NCBI RefSeq assembly: GCF_018977255.1
Contig: NW_024704742.1
Location: forward strand, 127,660,001-127,724,000
Direction of reading: 5' to 3'
Length of the DNA: 64,000 bases
Source: Callorhinchus milii
Lineage: Eukaryota
Shown here: in pieces, positions 49,891 to 62,564 of the stretch
How the letters are laid out: each line of letters starts with the position of its first letter
Numbering within the stretch: position 1 is the first letter of the stretch
Notes under the pieces: model-generated
Told to the model about the DNA's origin: nothing
Database searches by the model: none
The model's input: the letters and a program-made list of their open reading frames with translations, nothing else
Program-made: the position numbers and the translations under genes

Positions 49891-51359
49891 CCATTATGAG
49901 AAAGGTTAGATTGGAGGAGGAGCGGGAGGAGGTGAGAAACAGTTGATACATTAAAACATTCACTGCCTGTGTTTTATACCAATGTGTTAATTAATGCATT
50001 ACCAATGGTGTCAATTAAGATATTAGATGTTAATTCACACATCACAGGGCTGTATTTTCTCTCCATAATTTAAAGAGCAAGTGAAATGTCACCTCCCTGA
50101 AGCCTCGACATGAATAACAGTCATAATAAATAGTAAATATCCTTGACGCTACACTAAGATTTCATCTTTCAAGTAAACACAACACCCGTTGATGGCAAAA
50201 GACCATAGACCATATTTATTAGACAATCAAAAATCCATTCCCACAGTGGGCATAACAAATTCACTGGACCCGTGGTAACCCCTCTCAATAGGCTGCTGAA
50301 CAAACTCACGCATGACTGCATTTTCACCATGCAACCCTTTGTAATTTTTTCTCCTGTCAACTTGACAAGACTGATACTATTAAGTTGCTGGGCATGTCTG
50401 CACTCATCCAGAAATACCGTATGGATGTGACTATAGATGTACTTTATTACTGTAGCGTTCCTCCATGGTCTCATTAATATCATACAGGGATAGGAATTGT
50501 TACGAGAACGTCAATGAAGCTGAAGAAGCTTACAGTGGTTCTCTGTCTTGGTCTGGTTTTGTAATGTCCCCAGCTTCCTCAGTCAGTCAGATAATGATGG
50601 CAAAAAATATGCCGTTACGCTAAATAATAATCAATGTATCCATCCAGAGTAAACCTGTCATATCAGGTAACTGTACATGGATTTATAGACAAGAAGCTGA
50701 ATTCTAATACAAGTTATTTCTGGTTACTTTTTTATTGGCTGTTTGTGCAGCATTGCACACGCACATATTGGTTGCTGTGTTCATCTAAAATGCACAGTCA
50801 CTACACTGTGCAGAAAACTCAGAAACACTCTTTTAATGTTTCTCAATATTATAGGCACCATAATCAGACGCAAGGAATATTACTGGCAGTATTGTTATTG
50901 CAACCGATACCAAGTACCCGTAATAGAGACATGAATTTGTTTTTCTATATAAGTGATCACTCTGTGCAATACTGGGGGGGAATTGTAATGTTTCATAACA
51001 GATTTGATGACGATTAAACATTTTTATTCAATCTGTGTGAATACTCCAGCGTTTTTTTTCTGTTTAACTGCTTCATCAATAATCTTGCTATTTTCTATTG
51101 TCTTATTACACTCACGTTGATCTCTTTACCAGTGAAGCATCAGGTTGAATATTCAGAAAATAGTTTCTCTCTTCTTTTGCTTCATTCTAATTGGAATATA
51201 ATCTGTCTATCTTTTCCCTGGGTATTAACCTTTCACTTGATTTCCTGCAAAACAGGCTCAATGAAGTGAATGGCCTCTTTCTGTTTCCATTTTCCTCCTA
51301 AACCAGAAGAGACGAATGATGGTACAAGAGTTCTGGATCCAAACTGCCAGGTTTTTATA

Positions 51360-51647
51360 GATGAACATTGCAACCATTTTGTGCACAGCAGGACCTCACA
51401 AACAGCGATGAGGTTGAACAATCAATGTGTAGGATTGTTGGATAGGATACTGGGAGAAACTATCTTCCCTTTTATGGGATCTTTAATGTCTAGGCAGATG
51501 AACCATTTTTTTTCTGAAGTGCTGCACCTCTGATAATGCAGTGAGCTCCTCCAGTGCTGCACTAGACTGTCAGCCTAGCTCACATTGCAGTGTGGACCTT
51601 GATCCCACCACTTTCTGACACAGAATGCTGTCAACTGATCTAATCTG
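51360..51647 (-). mobile_element. DeuSINE (old)
   Basis: atgggatctttaatgtc core; tRNA head at 51595-51647. Confidence 0.6.
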
Positions 51648-52074
51648 AAAGTACATAAATAAGGCACAGAATTTGCCCGTTTGTTTACCTACAAGCACAC
51701 ATTCACTATACTTTGCAATATATCCTGTGAAGTACTTTGAGATAACCTCCTAACGTGAAAGACACTAAACCAAATGCACGGATTATTTTTATATTATTAT
51801 TCTGATTGTGAAATCTAAACTGTCTAGACTGACAGTCTAGATTTCATAATCATAATAATAAAAATTTTCTCATGTAACATTTTACATGAGAAAGATTTAT
51901 TTTTCATTTTTTACAGGTGTGTAATACATGTACAGTCTGGGGACCTCAAGGTTTGGTTCGTGCTAACCTGCATCTACTATTCTCCAGGATTAGGTGAACA
52001 GAGAGAGAATGCACAATCCACTGCATATTGGACATACAGAAATCGTACATATGTAGAGCTTGCAGCAATTATTA

Positions 52075-52488
52075 GGTTTGGTCAGCCGGGTGTCTGATAA
52101 ATGCAGAAACTCATCACACCATGCCTAAGAGTATCCAAACCAAACTGAGAGCTTCAAGCCACCTACACATGGAAATGCTGGTGTTTGGTGTTGGTTGTTG
52201 GGGTGGGTGGTGGTGGTGTTGGTGGGGAGATAACGGGCTATTGGAGCTGAGCTTAGCTGAACTGAGTTGGCTCCAAGGTGATATGTTTGGCAACGGGATA
52301 TCAGAATCAAGTCAATCCTCTTGGTAGTCTAGGTGATTCCAGGGCACAGCCAGTTGGCTCATTGGAAGGGCAGACCAGTCAATGGGGGCAGGGAGTCTTC
52401 CCATTCAGCTCTTGTTAACCCTGCAACCCAAAGCCCTAACAGTTAGGGTGGCCCTGGCTCGACAAGCAGCGGGAAGCTTGCTAGACAT
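52075..52488. mobile_element. unclassified poly(A)-tailed repeat (copy 5, internally inverted)
   Basis: 52075-52177 has the same orientation as 7555-7650, but 52385-52488 is the reverse complement of 7798-7905. Confidence 0.7.
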
Positions 52489-54982
52489 CTGGAGTAGTGA
52501 ATGAGTGTTATTAGAGGGTGAGAGCAGTGCACTGGTTACAGAGGTAAGGGAAGGAGAGTGTATAAACTAAGGCTACAATTGCAGATGTTCCTTAAAACGN
52601 TTTTTGTACTAATTAAGACAAGGAATTCATTAAGGAACACAGCAAACTTTACTCCTCTACTTTTAGTTTGTTCTATCTCATACAACCAATTGGATCATTT
52701 CTATCTCTTTTCTCCATAAAAAATACAGACTTTTAATGTCATTATTGACGGAAGCTACTTGAAAACAACCCCAAGTCTTAAAGGTGAAAAGGATCAGTCA
52801 ATTGAAGCTCTTATTGTACAACAGCCTACGTGGTTGCAACTTAAGATGTAAGCAGATCAATCTTTGATGCATTGAAAGCAAGTGGAACCAGAAGGTGCTT
52901 GAGGAGAGACTGAACCCATCAGTGGCCCCAGATACAGATGAATAATCCTGCCTGTGGTGCAGTAAGAGTTAGGCAGACTGGCACAGCACACAGGAAATGT
53001 TTTCCCAATGATTTAACCTCAACAGAACGTTCAAACTTCTTTGCTGCTGTGTTTTTTAAGCAAGAAAGCCATGTGAAACATCCACTTTGCTTTGTTTTTC
53101 ATATGTGGTTCCCAAAATGTATTTTAACAACAATACTTTTTTATCAACCGCAGTTTTCCAAGGACACCTAACTTTTAGATGAAGTACAAAACATTTTCGC
53201 AATGCTTCTTGGCTCAGCACATGGTCCATTTAACAGGACAACACAGGGAGGAATTACCCAGGTTCTGCTAAAAGCAGAAAAACTATGGCTTTAAGTGGAA
53301 ATCTGCATTTTGCAATCCGAATTGGCCATATTAAACAGGGTGGAAACATTTTTGCACACAGTTGTGAAATCTACTCAGCTTAAGCAATTGTTGAGGTCAA
53401 ATCCTGTTCAGCCCCCCACGTTATATATAACTGTAGATTTCAGACAAAAAGAAATTTGCGACAGCAGTATCTTCAAGTCAGAAAAAATGTTTTAGGAAAT
53501 ACATTACATACCTAATGAACTGAATAAAGTTTCCTTTCACTGCCCAATATTTGTAGTAAACCAATATGAATTATATAAATTCCTGGTGTCAAAACCTTTA
53601 TAATGTGTATTACTACCATGTAAAGTTTGAGGTGTTTGGTAAAACACTTGAGAGCATTTCAAATCGTTCTCAATATAATGCAGTTACTGTGTATTTACAG
53701 TCAATACTTTGATATGTAGATGCTTAATTCATTTTGTTCCCTTTGGTGATATTTGCCTAATACACAGTCACTACACTTTGTGTACTGTAATTATTAAAGT
53801 ACCAATCGTTGGCTTAAAATAAAATTGTAAATTGGGTCTGGGACATTGTGCCTTTTGCTGTGCAGCGGTGAGGGGAGATTTTGATTTGAAGCTCTATTTT
53901 AATGCTAGGCGTTGACATTTTAATGATACCAAAGAGGAAACCGAAAGATTTAAATTGATTTCCTTTACTCCTGTTGTGTACGGCTGATTCCAGGATGACA
54001 GATTAGAACAGGACCACAAGGGGGAGTATCAAAGATGGCAACTGAGACCAAGGGCGAGTCACTGACTACAGGAGTCTTAATAATTAAACAAGAGTTTACA
54101 AATTTTGTGGCATTTCATAACATCACAAAGTTCACAAAGTTCTCATTACAAAGCACTGCAGATAGGGGGTTAAATTAACAACAATTCATCTTTGCGGTTG
54201 TGAAAATGTAAAGTTATGGGGGGAAAAATGGATATAGTCCATAGCAAAATTTAAAATAGATATTACAAACTGTACAGTCACTACAGCTCACAGTAACTCC
54301 TGTGAAGGATGTTAACATATCTTTTTGATGCGAAAGACACTGTTTCAATTACAAGGATTATTATTTATTTCTACTGCTAAAACTGCAGTATAACTCTGTT
54401 TTCTGGGGTATTGATTCAGTTCCAAAGACCTCCCCTCAGGAATACAATTTTCGATACATTGGCTCCAATACAAATCAGGGTTTGTGGTGCAGCTGATATC
54501 AAACTTTCAAACTTCAAACTGCAGCATAATCAATGTCTGGTGCAAATGTAACATTACCTATACACGTAGGAATTGACAATATAGAACAAAGCCATTCAGC
54601 TCATTGAGTGTCTTCTGGGGATCCATTCACCACCATCCATTCAATTACCTGCCTTTCAGGCATACCTATGCAAATTATTCCTTTTAGATGTCTATCTAGT
54701 TCCCTCTTGAAAACCAATATCGATCCTGCCTCAAGTATCAACTCTCCGTTTTAATAAAAATTTTCAATCTCCTCCTTCACTCCGTTGCTAACTATCTTAG
54801 ATTGATGCCCTCTAGTCGCAGACTCATCAACAAGTGGGAATAATAATAATCGTTACATTTGATATCGTGCCTTTCCCACCAGGGGAATGTTTCAAAGCAC
54901 TTCAAAGGATAGATTGTGATGTAGAGTATTGTGTATTTGCCTGGTGAAATAATTTTTTTCCTCTTCACTCTAATATAATCCA

Positions 54983-55347
54983 GGAGACCTGTAGCTTAGT
55001 GTTTAGAACACTAGTCTCGCAAGCGAGAGACCTGGGTTCGATTCCCAGCAGGGCGAAATGTTGGGTCAGTTTCCTTACTCCACACGCCTGTTTACCTGCA
55101 GTAAGTAGGAACCCAGTTGTTAGTTGATTGGTGGATCGCTTTTCCGGGGGTAATAATTCCGTCAAAAAATAAATAATTTGGTCACGTAATCCACAACTGT
55201 TTGTGGGACACTGCTGTGTGCAATTGGCTGCTGCATTTCACCCACAAAACAGTCAATTCACTTTACAGTATATTCTGTGAAGTGCTTTGAGATATCTCGA
55301 AGACGTGATAAGTCATTATATCAAATGTAAGGATTATTATTATTATT
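54983..55347 (+). mobile_element. tRNA-derived SINE, full length (long form)
   Basis: B box gggttcgattccc, central domain, and (TTA)n tail. Confidence 0.93.
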
Positions 55348-55824
55348 AAAAACCTAGGATACCTTTTTTTAAAGGATTTGGTTTGGCTATATAAAATGTA
55401 TCAGAGCCACTGGAGGGCAAATGACAAGACCAGCAGAATATTTGACCATCATCAATTCCTTTAGTAAAGCGTATTAAGTTAAATTTTAATACTTTTGTAC
55501 TGTTAATCAATGTAATTTTTTCGATATGCTTCCTGTATTCTTACCATTTGGAAAGTTATTCTTTGGTTGCAATTCACAAGTGTTAATTGCAGTTGAAGGT
55601 TTCAGTTGTTTAGTTGCTTTTAGTGTTTTGCATATTCACATTCCTGGTTAGCTCAGTTGGTAGTACAATCATTTCGACCACAAAATATACAGTCAATTCA
55701 CTTTACAGTATATTCTGTGAAGCGCTTTGAGACATTTCAATGATGTGTTAAGGCGCTATATCAAATGCAAGGATTATTATTATTCACTTCTGGGTCAGAC
55801 AGTTGGCCATTAATTCCTCCAGAT

Positions 55825-56590
55825 TAATTCACAAAACAGGTTCAGATGAAGAAGACCCTTCAGCCCATTTGAACTCATCCTTCCAAAATATACACACTGC
55901 TGTCCTCCCATTACGGAATTAAGCTGTTTTTAAATGAGTCCTGGCCTGATACATTCTTCCTGTTGACCTGTTTCAGTCATTAATTATCCTCGAAGTAAAG
56001 AAATATTTCCCGGTGTCTGTACTAAAATTGCACTTTGCAACCCTAAATCTGTGTCCTTTTGCTGTACTGTGCTGGCATATCTGAAAATATTGTCTGGCTT
56101 TACTTTTTCAATCCCCATTTAAAATCTTATACACCTCTTTAAGGTCCCTTTGAGACATTTTTGCAAAGCTGAAGAGCCCTAGCTTGTCTAATCATTGCTC
56201 ATAGCTCATTCCTCCAACACTGGGGATCATCTGATACTCTGACACTGGGGATCACAGTAAATCCTATGAAGCTCTTTGAGACATTCTCCTGAAGTGGAAG
56301 GTAGTATATCAAATGCAAGGATTATTATTATTATTATTTACTCTTATCATCCTCAGTACTCTCCTTCACTACTTCTAGGGCCTTGGCAGTGTCTTATGTT
56401 AACCAAAACTGTACACCGGAAAGAGACATTTCAGAGGAGACCTTGTACACAGTCCTACCCATTCATCTCAAACATGTTGATGATGACATCTCACTTATAC
56501 CAACACAAGAGTGAAGTCTCTTCTCCATACATTAATAATAAAAACTTACTGTCTATCTCAATGCCAACGTAAACTCCAGCACACTTATGT
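55825..56590 (-). mobile_element. degenerate CR1 LINE 3' region (SINE tail nested at ~56255-56340)
   Basis: Reverse complement resembles 49500-49890 and 25185-25680. Confidence 0.6.
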
Positions 56591-56902
56591 CAACAGTGTG
56601 CTCTTAAATGACTATTTTTTGCTTTCATGACTATTTTTGTAAATAAGGTAACAGAATAAATAACTGTTCAGGAATTCAGTTAAATGAATGACATTTTAAA
56701 AACAAATCAATGAAAATACATGTAAATACATGGTTCAGAAATTTGAATCACAGATTACCTATTGTTGGCTTGTGACCTCCTATGTCAGTACTGGCCAAAC
56801 TGCTTCCGGCCATCGGTAGTGTGTTTCTAGGTTTTTCTTGATTAAATATTTCCTGATTTACGGCATAAATCAAGAAATATTCAATCGAGAAAATTTATTT
56901 TA

Positions 56903-57140
56903 TAATAATAATAATAATCCTTGCATTTGATATAGCACTTTTCACGTCGGGAGGACGTCCCAAAGCGCTTCACAGAACACACTGTAAAGTGAATTGACTG
57001 TATATTTGTGGGCGAACGCGGCAGCCAATTGCGCACAGCAATGTCCCACAAACAGTTGTAGATTGAAAATGACCAATTTATTATTGTTTTTGGTTTTGGA
57101 GGGATTATTATTAGGCGTGTGGAGTAAGGAAACTTGCCCA
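56903..57140 (-). mobile_element. tRNA-derived SINE (short form), 5'-truncated
   Basis: Near-identical in reverse to 57620-57843. Confidence 0.92.
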
Positions 57141-57254
57141 CACGCCTAAAATTTTGTTTGCTGACCAAAAAAGATTGGCCAACACTGGCCTCTGTCAACA
57201 AACTACTTATGTCCCCAAAACTCGAATGGTCCCTGACATGTCGACATAAGTGGG

Positions 57255-57953
57255 TAGGACTGTATAAGGTTTTAAATAGGATTTTAAGCTTTAAGCAAAA
57301 TACTTGGATGCACCAAGATAGAGAAAAAAAAGGGCTACAATGGGAAATTTAAAGATAGGTACCAGAAAGTATTTCTTTACTCAGAAGGTCATTAACGATG
57401 GGAATGGGGTACTAAGGTAGGATGGATAATGTGGAGGTCTGTAGTGTAGTGGTTAGTGCACTCATCTTGCAAATGAGAGGACCCGGGTTCGATTCCCGGG
57501 CAGGGCAAAATTTAGGCAAGTTTCCTTAACTTACAGGCGTAAGTCCTGTAGCTCAGTGGTTAGAGCACTCGCTTTGCAAGCGAGAGACCTGAGTTCAATT
57601 CCAGGCAGGTCGAAACCTTGGGCAAGTTTCCTTACTCCACACGCCTAATAATAATCCCTCCAAAACCAAAAACAATAATAAATTGCGCATTTTCAATCTA
57701 CAACTGTTTGTGGGACATTGCTGTGCGCAATTGGCTGCTGCGTTCGCCCACAAATATATTCACTTTACAGTGTGTTCTGTGAAGCGCTTTGGGACGTCCT
57801 CCCGACATGAAAAGCACTATATCAAATGCAAGGATTATTATTCTGTGAAGTGCTTTGAGACATCTCAATGACATGATAAGGTGCCATATCAAATGCAAGG
57901 ATTATTATTATTATGGTTTAGGCCAGGATCCTCGACTCATTAAAAAAAAGCTT
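57255..57953 (+). mobile_element. CR1 3' fragment carrying nested SINEs
   Basis: RKYFFTQ.VIN-like codons at ~57360, resuming as DS.KKKL-like codons at ~57930. Confidence 0.6.
57433..57914 (+). mobile_element. tandem SINEs: head-only copy (57433-57537), full short-form copy (57543-57843), extra tail (57841-57914)
   Basis: Two consecutive tRNA heads and two consecutive tails. Confidence 0.9.
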
Positions 57954-58126
57954 GAGGTCACAAGCAGACAATAGGTAATCTGTGATTAAAATTTCTGAAC
58001 CTTATACTTACATGTATTTTCATTGATTTGTTTTTAAAAAGTCATTCATTTAATTAAATTCCTAATATATTTACATGTATTCTCATTATCTTATTTACAA
58101 AATGGTAGGGTGGCTATTCTGGAAGG

Positions 58127-58335
58127 ATAATAATAATAATAATCCTTGCATTTGATATAGCGCTTTTCATGTCTTCTAGACGTCCCAAAGCGCTTCACAG
58201 AATATACTGTAAAGTGAATTGACTGTATATTTGTGGGCGAATGCGGCAGCCAATTGCGCACAGCAATGTCCCACAAACAGTCATGGATTGAAAATGACCA
58301 ATTTTTTTTTTTTTTGAGGGATTATTATTAGGCGT
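58127..58335 (-). mobile_element. tRNA-derived SINE, 3' half (short form)
   Basis: (TAA)n tail and core. Confidence 0.88.
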
Positions 58336-58629
58336 TCAAATGGGTTAAAGGGCTTTCGTCGGCTGACGCTCTTGTGATCTTACAAATAAGTTGGAAGTGA
58401 ATGGTGGACACTTCCTAAAAACTAGTTGAATATTCCTCCCATATTCCCATCAGAACTGTAACCTGGATGATTGTATCCATAATGTCCAAGAAATATTAAT
58501 GGATATGAAATTGAAGGGTGTACGCTATTATGTTGAAATATATTTACAAGTAATGTAACTTTCAATCAGTTCTACCATATAATCTGATTTGAATATAAAT
58601 GCATGTAAACTTTTAGAAACATGGCAATA

Positions 58630-59007
58630 AGAATAATAATCCTTGCAGTTGATAATGTGCCTTATCACGTCTTCGAGACCTCTCAAAGCACTTCACAGAA
58701 TATACTGTAAAGTGAATTGACTGCATATTTTGTGGGCGAAATGCGGCAGCCAATTGTGCACATCAGTGTCTCACAAACAGTTACGGATTGAGTGACCAAA
58801 TTTTTATTATTATTATTATTATTTTTGACGGGATTATTATCCCTGGAAAAGCGATCCACCAAGCGATTTGCAACCAGGTTCCTACTTCTTGCTTGGTAAA
58901 CAGAGGCAGGTGGAGTGAGGAAACTTGCCCAATGCTTTGCTCTGCCCGGGAATCGAACCCAGGTCCTCTCACTTGCGAGGCGACTGCTCTAACCACTGAG
59001 CTACAGG
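58630..59007 (-). mobile_element. tRNA-derived SINE, full length (long form)
   Basis: Head gggaatcgaaccc...ctctaaccactgagctacagg in reverse; central gcctctgtttaccaagc. Confidence 0.92.
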
Positions 59008-59619
59008 CAAGCTTGAGCTGAAAATCATTATTATATACATCAATAACTCACAAGCCTAGAAAATAAAAAAAGAAGGGAAGGAGAGACGATATGAAAAGTT
59101 TTTTATGCTTGGAAAAGTATCACATAGTTTGGAAACGGCATTTAAAGTAATTTGAATTCAAATGATCAATCTGAATAAATATTAAATGCATCCTAAGAAA
59201 AATGGAATCAACAACAGACCAAAACTCACCATATTGAATTATTTCTTTAAAACCTTACTTTCAAATGGAAGAATCTCCTATCATAGTGATGTTAAAGGAC
59301 TTGGAACTGCATCTGTAATATTAATTATTATGAAATGATTGTGCAATTTCATGTTAAAGGGAATCCAATTCTGAAAATCTGCTTTAAAGACCTAAGGTTA
59401 TATTTCACAGCAAACTCTGCATTAAGCTATCCTCACTGTACAGATGTTTCACCGAGCTTCTGTCGTGCAAGACGAAATGACAGAAACATGGCACGCACGG
59501 GTACCTTGGATGCAAGCCTTCACATTTCTAACATTTTGCTTTGGAATCCAGATTGTCTCTGCTCTACAAAGTAACAGATTAATTTAAGCTAGTAAATGCT
59601 GCAAAATGGGACTTTATAA

Positions 59620-59803
59620 AGTCTACGTGAAAAGTGGATCTATAACACGAAAGACTGATCTGAAACATGGCACCTCTCACAATGTACACTCCCCTATTGC
59701 TCTGGAGTGTCAACTCAGGCTATGAGGTCAGGTCTCGATGTGGAGCTCCTACCCAAAACCATCTGACTCACAGGCGAGAGTGATACCAAATCAGCCAAGC
59801 TGA
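59620..59803 (-). mobile_element. DeuSINE 5' part (old)
   Basis: ctgactcacaggcgagagtgatacc...agccaagctga head. Confidence 0.55.
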
Positions 59804-60302
59804 TATTTGTGGTGTAAAACTGTGCTGCCTTGGAGTTTTTGCTGTCATTTCAGGTTAAATGCAATGTACTTGAGGCTTTGTGATAAAGAGTTTCTGTCAC
59901 ATGATCTTAAATTTAAAGCAAAGCACATAAAAGATGAATCCAGACAGCATACGTGGCTTCACACAAAGGAGTGTGAGAATGCACTTGGGAGGCTATAGAG
60001 CCAGAATCGATTGAGGTGTTGAGGAGAGAGCTAGGAATAATAATAATCAGGGTGAGGGGAGGGAAGGGAGGGAGCGAGGAGGGGGAAGAGAGTCGAGAGG
60101 AATAATAATAAATAATAATCCTTGCATTTGATATAGGTCCTTATCACCTCTTCAAATCACACCTGAAGACCTTCCCCTTTGATTGTGCCTTCGATCAACT
60201 CCTTCCTTTCTTTCCAATTTACCAACAAACCATGCCGCTGTTAAGTGCTTCAAGACGCTACATGTATGAAGGTCATTATATAAATGTAAATTGTTGTAAT
60301 AC

Positions 60303-60482
60303 TCTCTGGAATGAGGTCAGCAAATGCGTCCCTCCAAGAGATGGCATGCATTCCATTCCAGACAAAGGGAAATTTTGATGTGTTGGTGGCATAGATACAT
60401 AGATTTGAGGGTTGGGATGGATACTCTTGAGCATTGTGGTGGGTTTCCACACATGCCAGTCACCCGGCTGATTTAAAAAAAA
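60303..60482 (+). mobile_element. unclassified poly(A)-tailed repeat (copy 6)
   Basis: cattccagacaaagggaaat...ggatactcttgagca...cagtcacccggctga followed by an A-run. Confidence 0.7.
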
Positions 60483-60719
60483 GTCTCACATGAAATCTTT
60501 TATGAAACGTCATGAATGATTTTCTGTCTCAGCACGGGGGTGGGGGGCGCAGGTTGGTTGGGGGTATAGGGCAGTGGGGAGGAGGCAGGGAAATAAGTCG
60601 GTTTTCTCCTCTGCCCACCAGATCCCTCAAATCTACCGGAGGGCTCAGCGCAGAACTCACCAGAATAAACCCCTGAGGGCTTCCTTTTCCCCCCAATAAA
60701 GATCTGCAGTATCAGTTTC

Positions 60720-61260
60720 ATCAACTTGACATCTTTATTTTGGAAAAAAAAGGTAAACGGTTGCTGACAGCTTGCTTTCAAGCCTGAATGATAAAAGAAA
60801 AACAGCGCTGTACCACATCTGGGCAGCTTGCTGACAGCTAATGAGCCTGAAGCAATTTAAACCCCAGCTACAGTAGTGTGACCACATTCTGCGTGATAAA
60901 CGCGTGGGGGGGTTGGGGGGTTTGGGAGGGTGGGGGTTACAACTGCATACTTCCCACCTTATTTGACAGGTCCAAGTGACTCCAATGAGGCAAAAAATTT
61001 TGACGAACAAGTGCGAGTGCAAGAAAAAGATGTTTGCATCATTTAGGTTTTCACATGAGGCCCAGCAAAATTGTTAAATTATGCTGTCATTGGTGATACG
61101 GCTGGTGCAGGTTGCAGCTGAGCTTATTGCAGACTAACTTGCCAAAAGGATTAATGATGGAGTTATAAACTGCAGGCTATAAGCACGGCAGAATGTGACA
61201 GAAATGGCAGCCAAAATTAGCCGGGAATGTGGGTCCTCACGAAATACTACGAATTGAATT
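60720..61260. promoter_or_regulatory. candidate enhancer, TGACAG (Meis/TGIF) cluster
   Basis: TGACAG at 60765, 60832, 60964, 61084 (rc) and 61196; GGATTA at 61148. Confidence 0.4.
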
Positions 61261-61270
61261 ATGGCGGAGT

Positions 61271-61663
61271 GGAGCCCTGTAGCTCAGCGGTTAGAGCACT
61301 CGCCTCACAAGCAAGAGGACATGTGTTCAATTCCCGGGGAGGCTGAAACATTGGGCAAGTTTTCTTACACCACATACCTCTGTTTACCTAGCTGTGAGTA
61401 GGAACCCGGTTGTTAGTTGATGAGGGGATCGCTTTTCCCGGGATAATAATCACTTAAAAAAATCAAATAAATAAAAATAATAATACTTTGATCACTCAAT
61501 TTACGACTGTTTGTGGGACACTTCTATGTGCAATTCCTTGCTGCGTTTCTCCCACAAAATACTCAGTCACTATACTTTACAGTATATTCTGTGAAGCACT
61601 TTGAGACGTCTGGAAGACGTGATAAGGGGCTGTATCAAAAGCAAGGATTATAATTATTATTAT
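61271..61663 (+). mobile_element. tRNA-derived SINE, full length (long form)
   Basis: ggagccctgtagctcagcggttagagcac head; (TTA)n tail. Confidence 0.92.
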
Positions 61664-62564
61664 GGCAAGGGAACATCGCGACTTCCATCCACAAGCAAAC
61701 ATCCTTAACTTTGTACACAAAATACTGCTAGGATTTAAAGGCTAACATGCTGTCACCATCAAGTGCTGGTCTTCATTCATATTAACATGTGGGATGAGTT
61801 ACAGCTGTTTGTTTACTATTAGTGCATTTTGCGTTCTTGTTTCTTTAGTTGTGGAAGCAGGAAAGCTGGAGAAATATTTACAAACAGAACCACTTGTATA
61901 TTTATTTACAAATTGTAAAATTCAAACAATGAAAATGAATAAATGTCTCTTGCTTCGCATTTTATTTATAATCACTCAGACTGACTGAGCATCAACGAGC
62001 TGCCACTGATCCATTCACATTGTTATTTTTCGCCCACAAAATACACAGTGAATTCACTGTACAGTATATTCTGTGAAGCGCTTTGAGACTTATCAAAGAT
62101 GTGATAGGGCAAAATATAAGTGTCTGTTGCACGCTTGTTTTTAGAAGTGCAACTTCATGTTCCATACTGTCTGGTTTACCGTCATGCGGTGCCTTGTAAT
62201 TGCCAACACATCCACACTGCTTGATGTGATGTTTCAAGGAGATGGATTGGCAGAACTAGGAAATAGTGTAGGATACAGTTCCTGAAGCTACCTCAACAAT
62301 GCCTGTGGTTACCTGACATCTTGTGATAATTTGAGTAGGAAGCTCCCTATGGTACGTGGAGGAGACTGTCAAAGAGGAGGTGAGTCAGTCAGGAGGATGG
62401 CATCTGATCCAACCATCTTGGCCAATTTTCTCCAGCTGCAGTAGAATGCATGCGTTGAAGGTGTAGACTATCTATTTGAAACCAAGATAATATTCACTAT
62501 CTCTTCCATTGCTACAGTGAGCTGGGGGATGCCCTGGCTATCTATGGGTAATGCTGCTGAACCA

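Larger units (their letters stand above)
56633..58103. repeat. long fold-back palindrome (~470 bp when reconstructed) interrupted by SINE/CR1 insertions
   Basis: Outer arms 56633-56779 / 57954-58103; central hairpin 56833-56893; middle pair 56786-56801 / ~57165-57187. Confidence 0.8.

Noticed and set aside
50519..50550. CTGANGA as a hammerhead ribozyme core
   Set aside because: No properly spaced stem plus GAAA was seen.
51275..51356. Exon-like segment encoding ETNDGTRVLDPNCQ
   Set aside because: The donor site (gttttt) is weak, the peptide is unrecognised, and it abuts a SINE.
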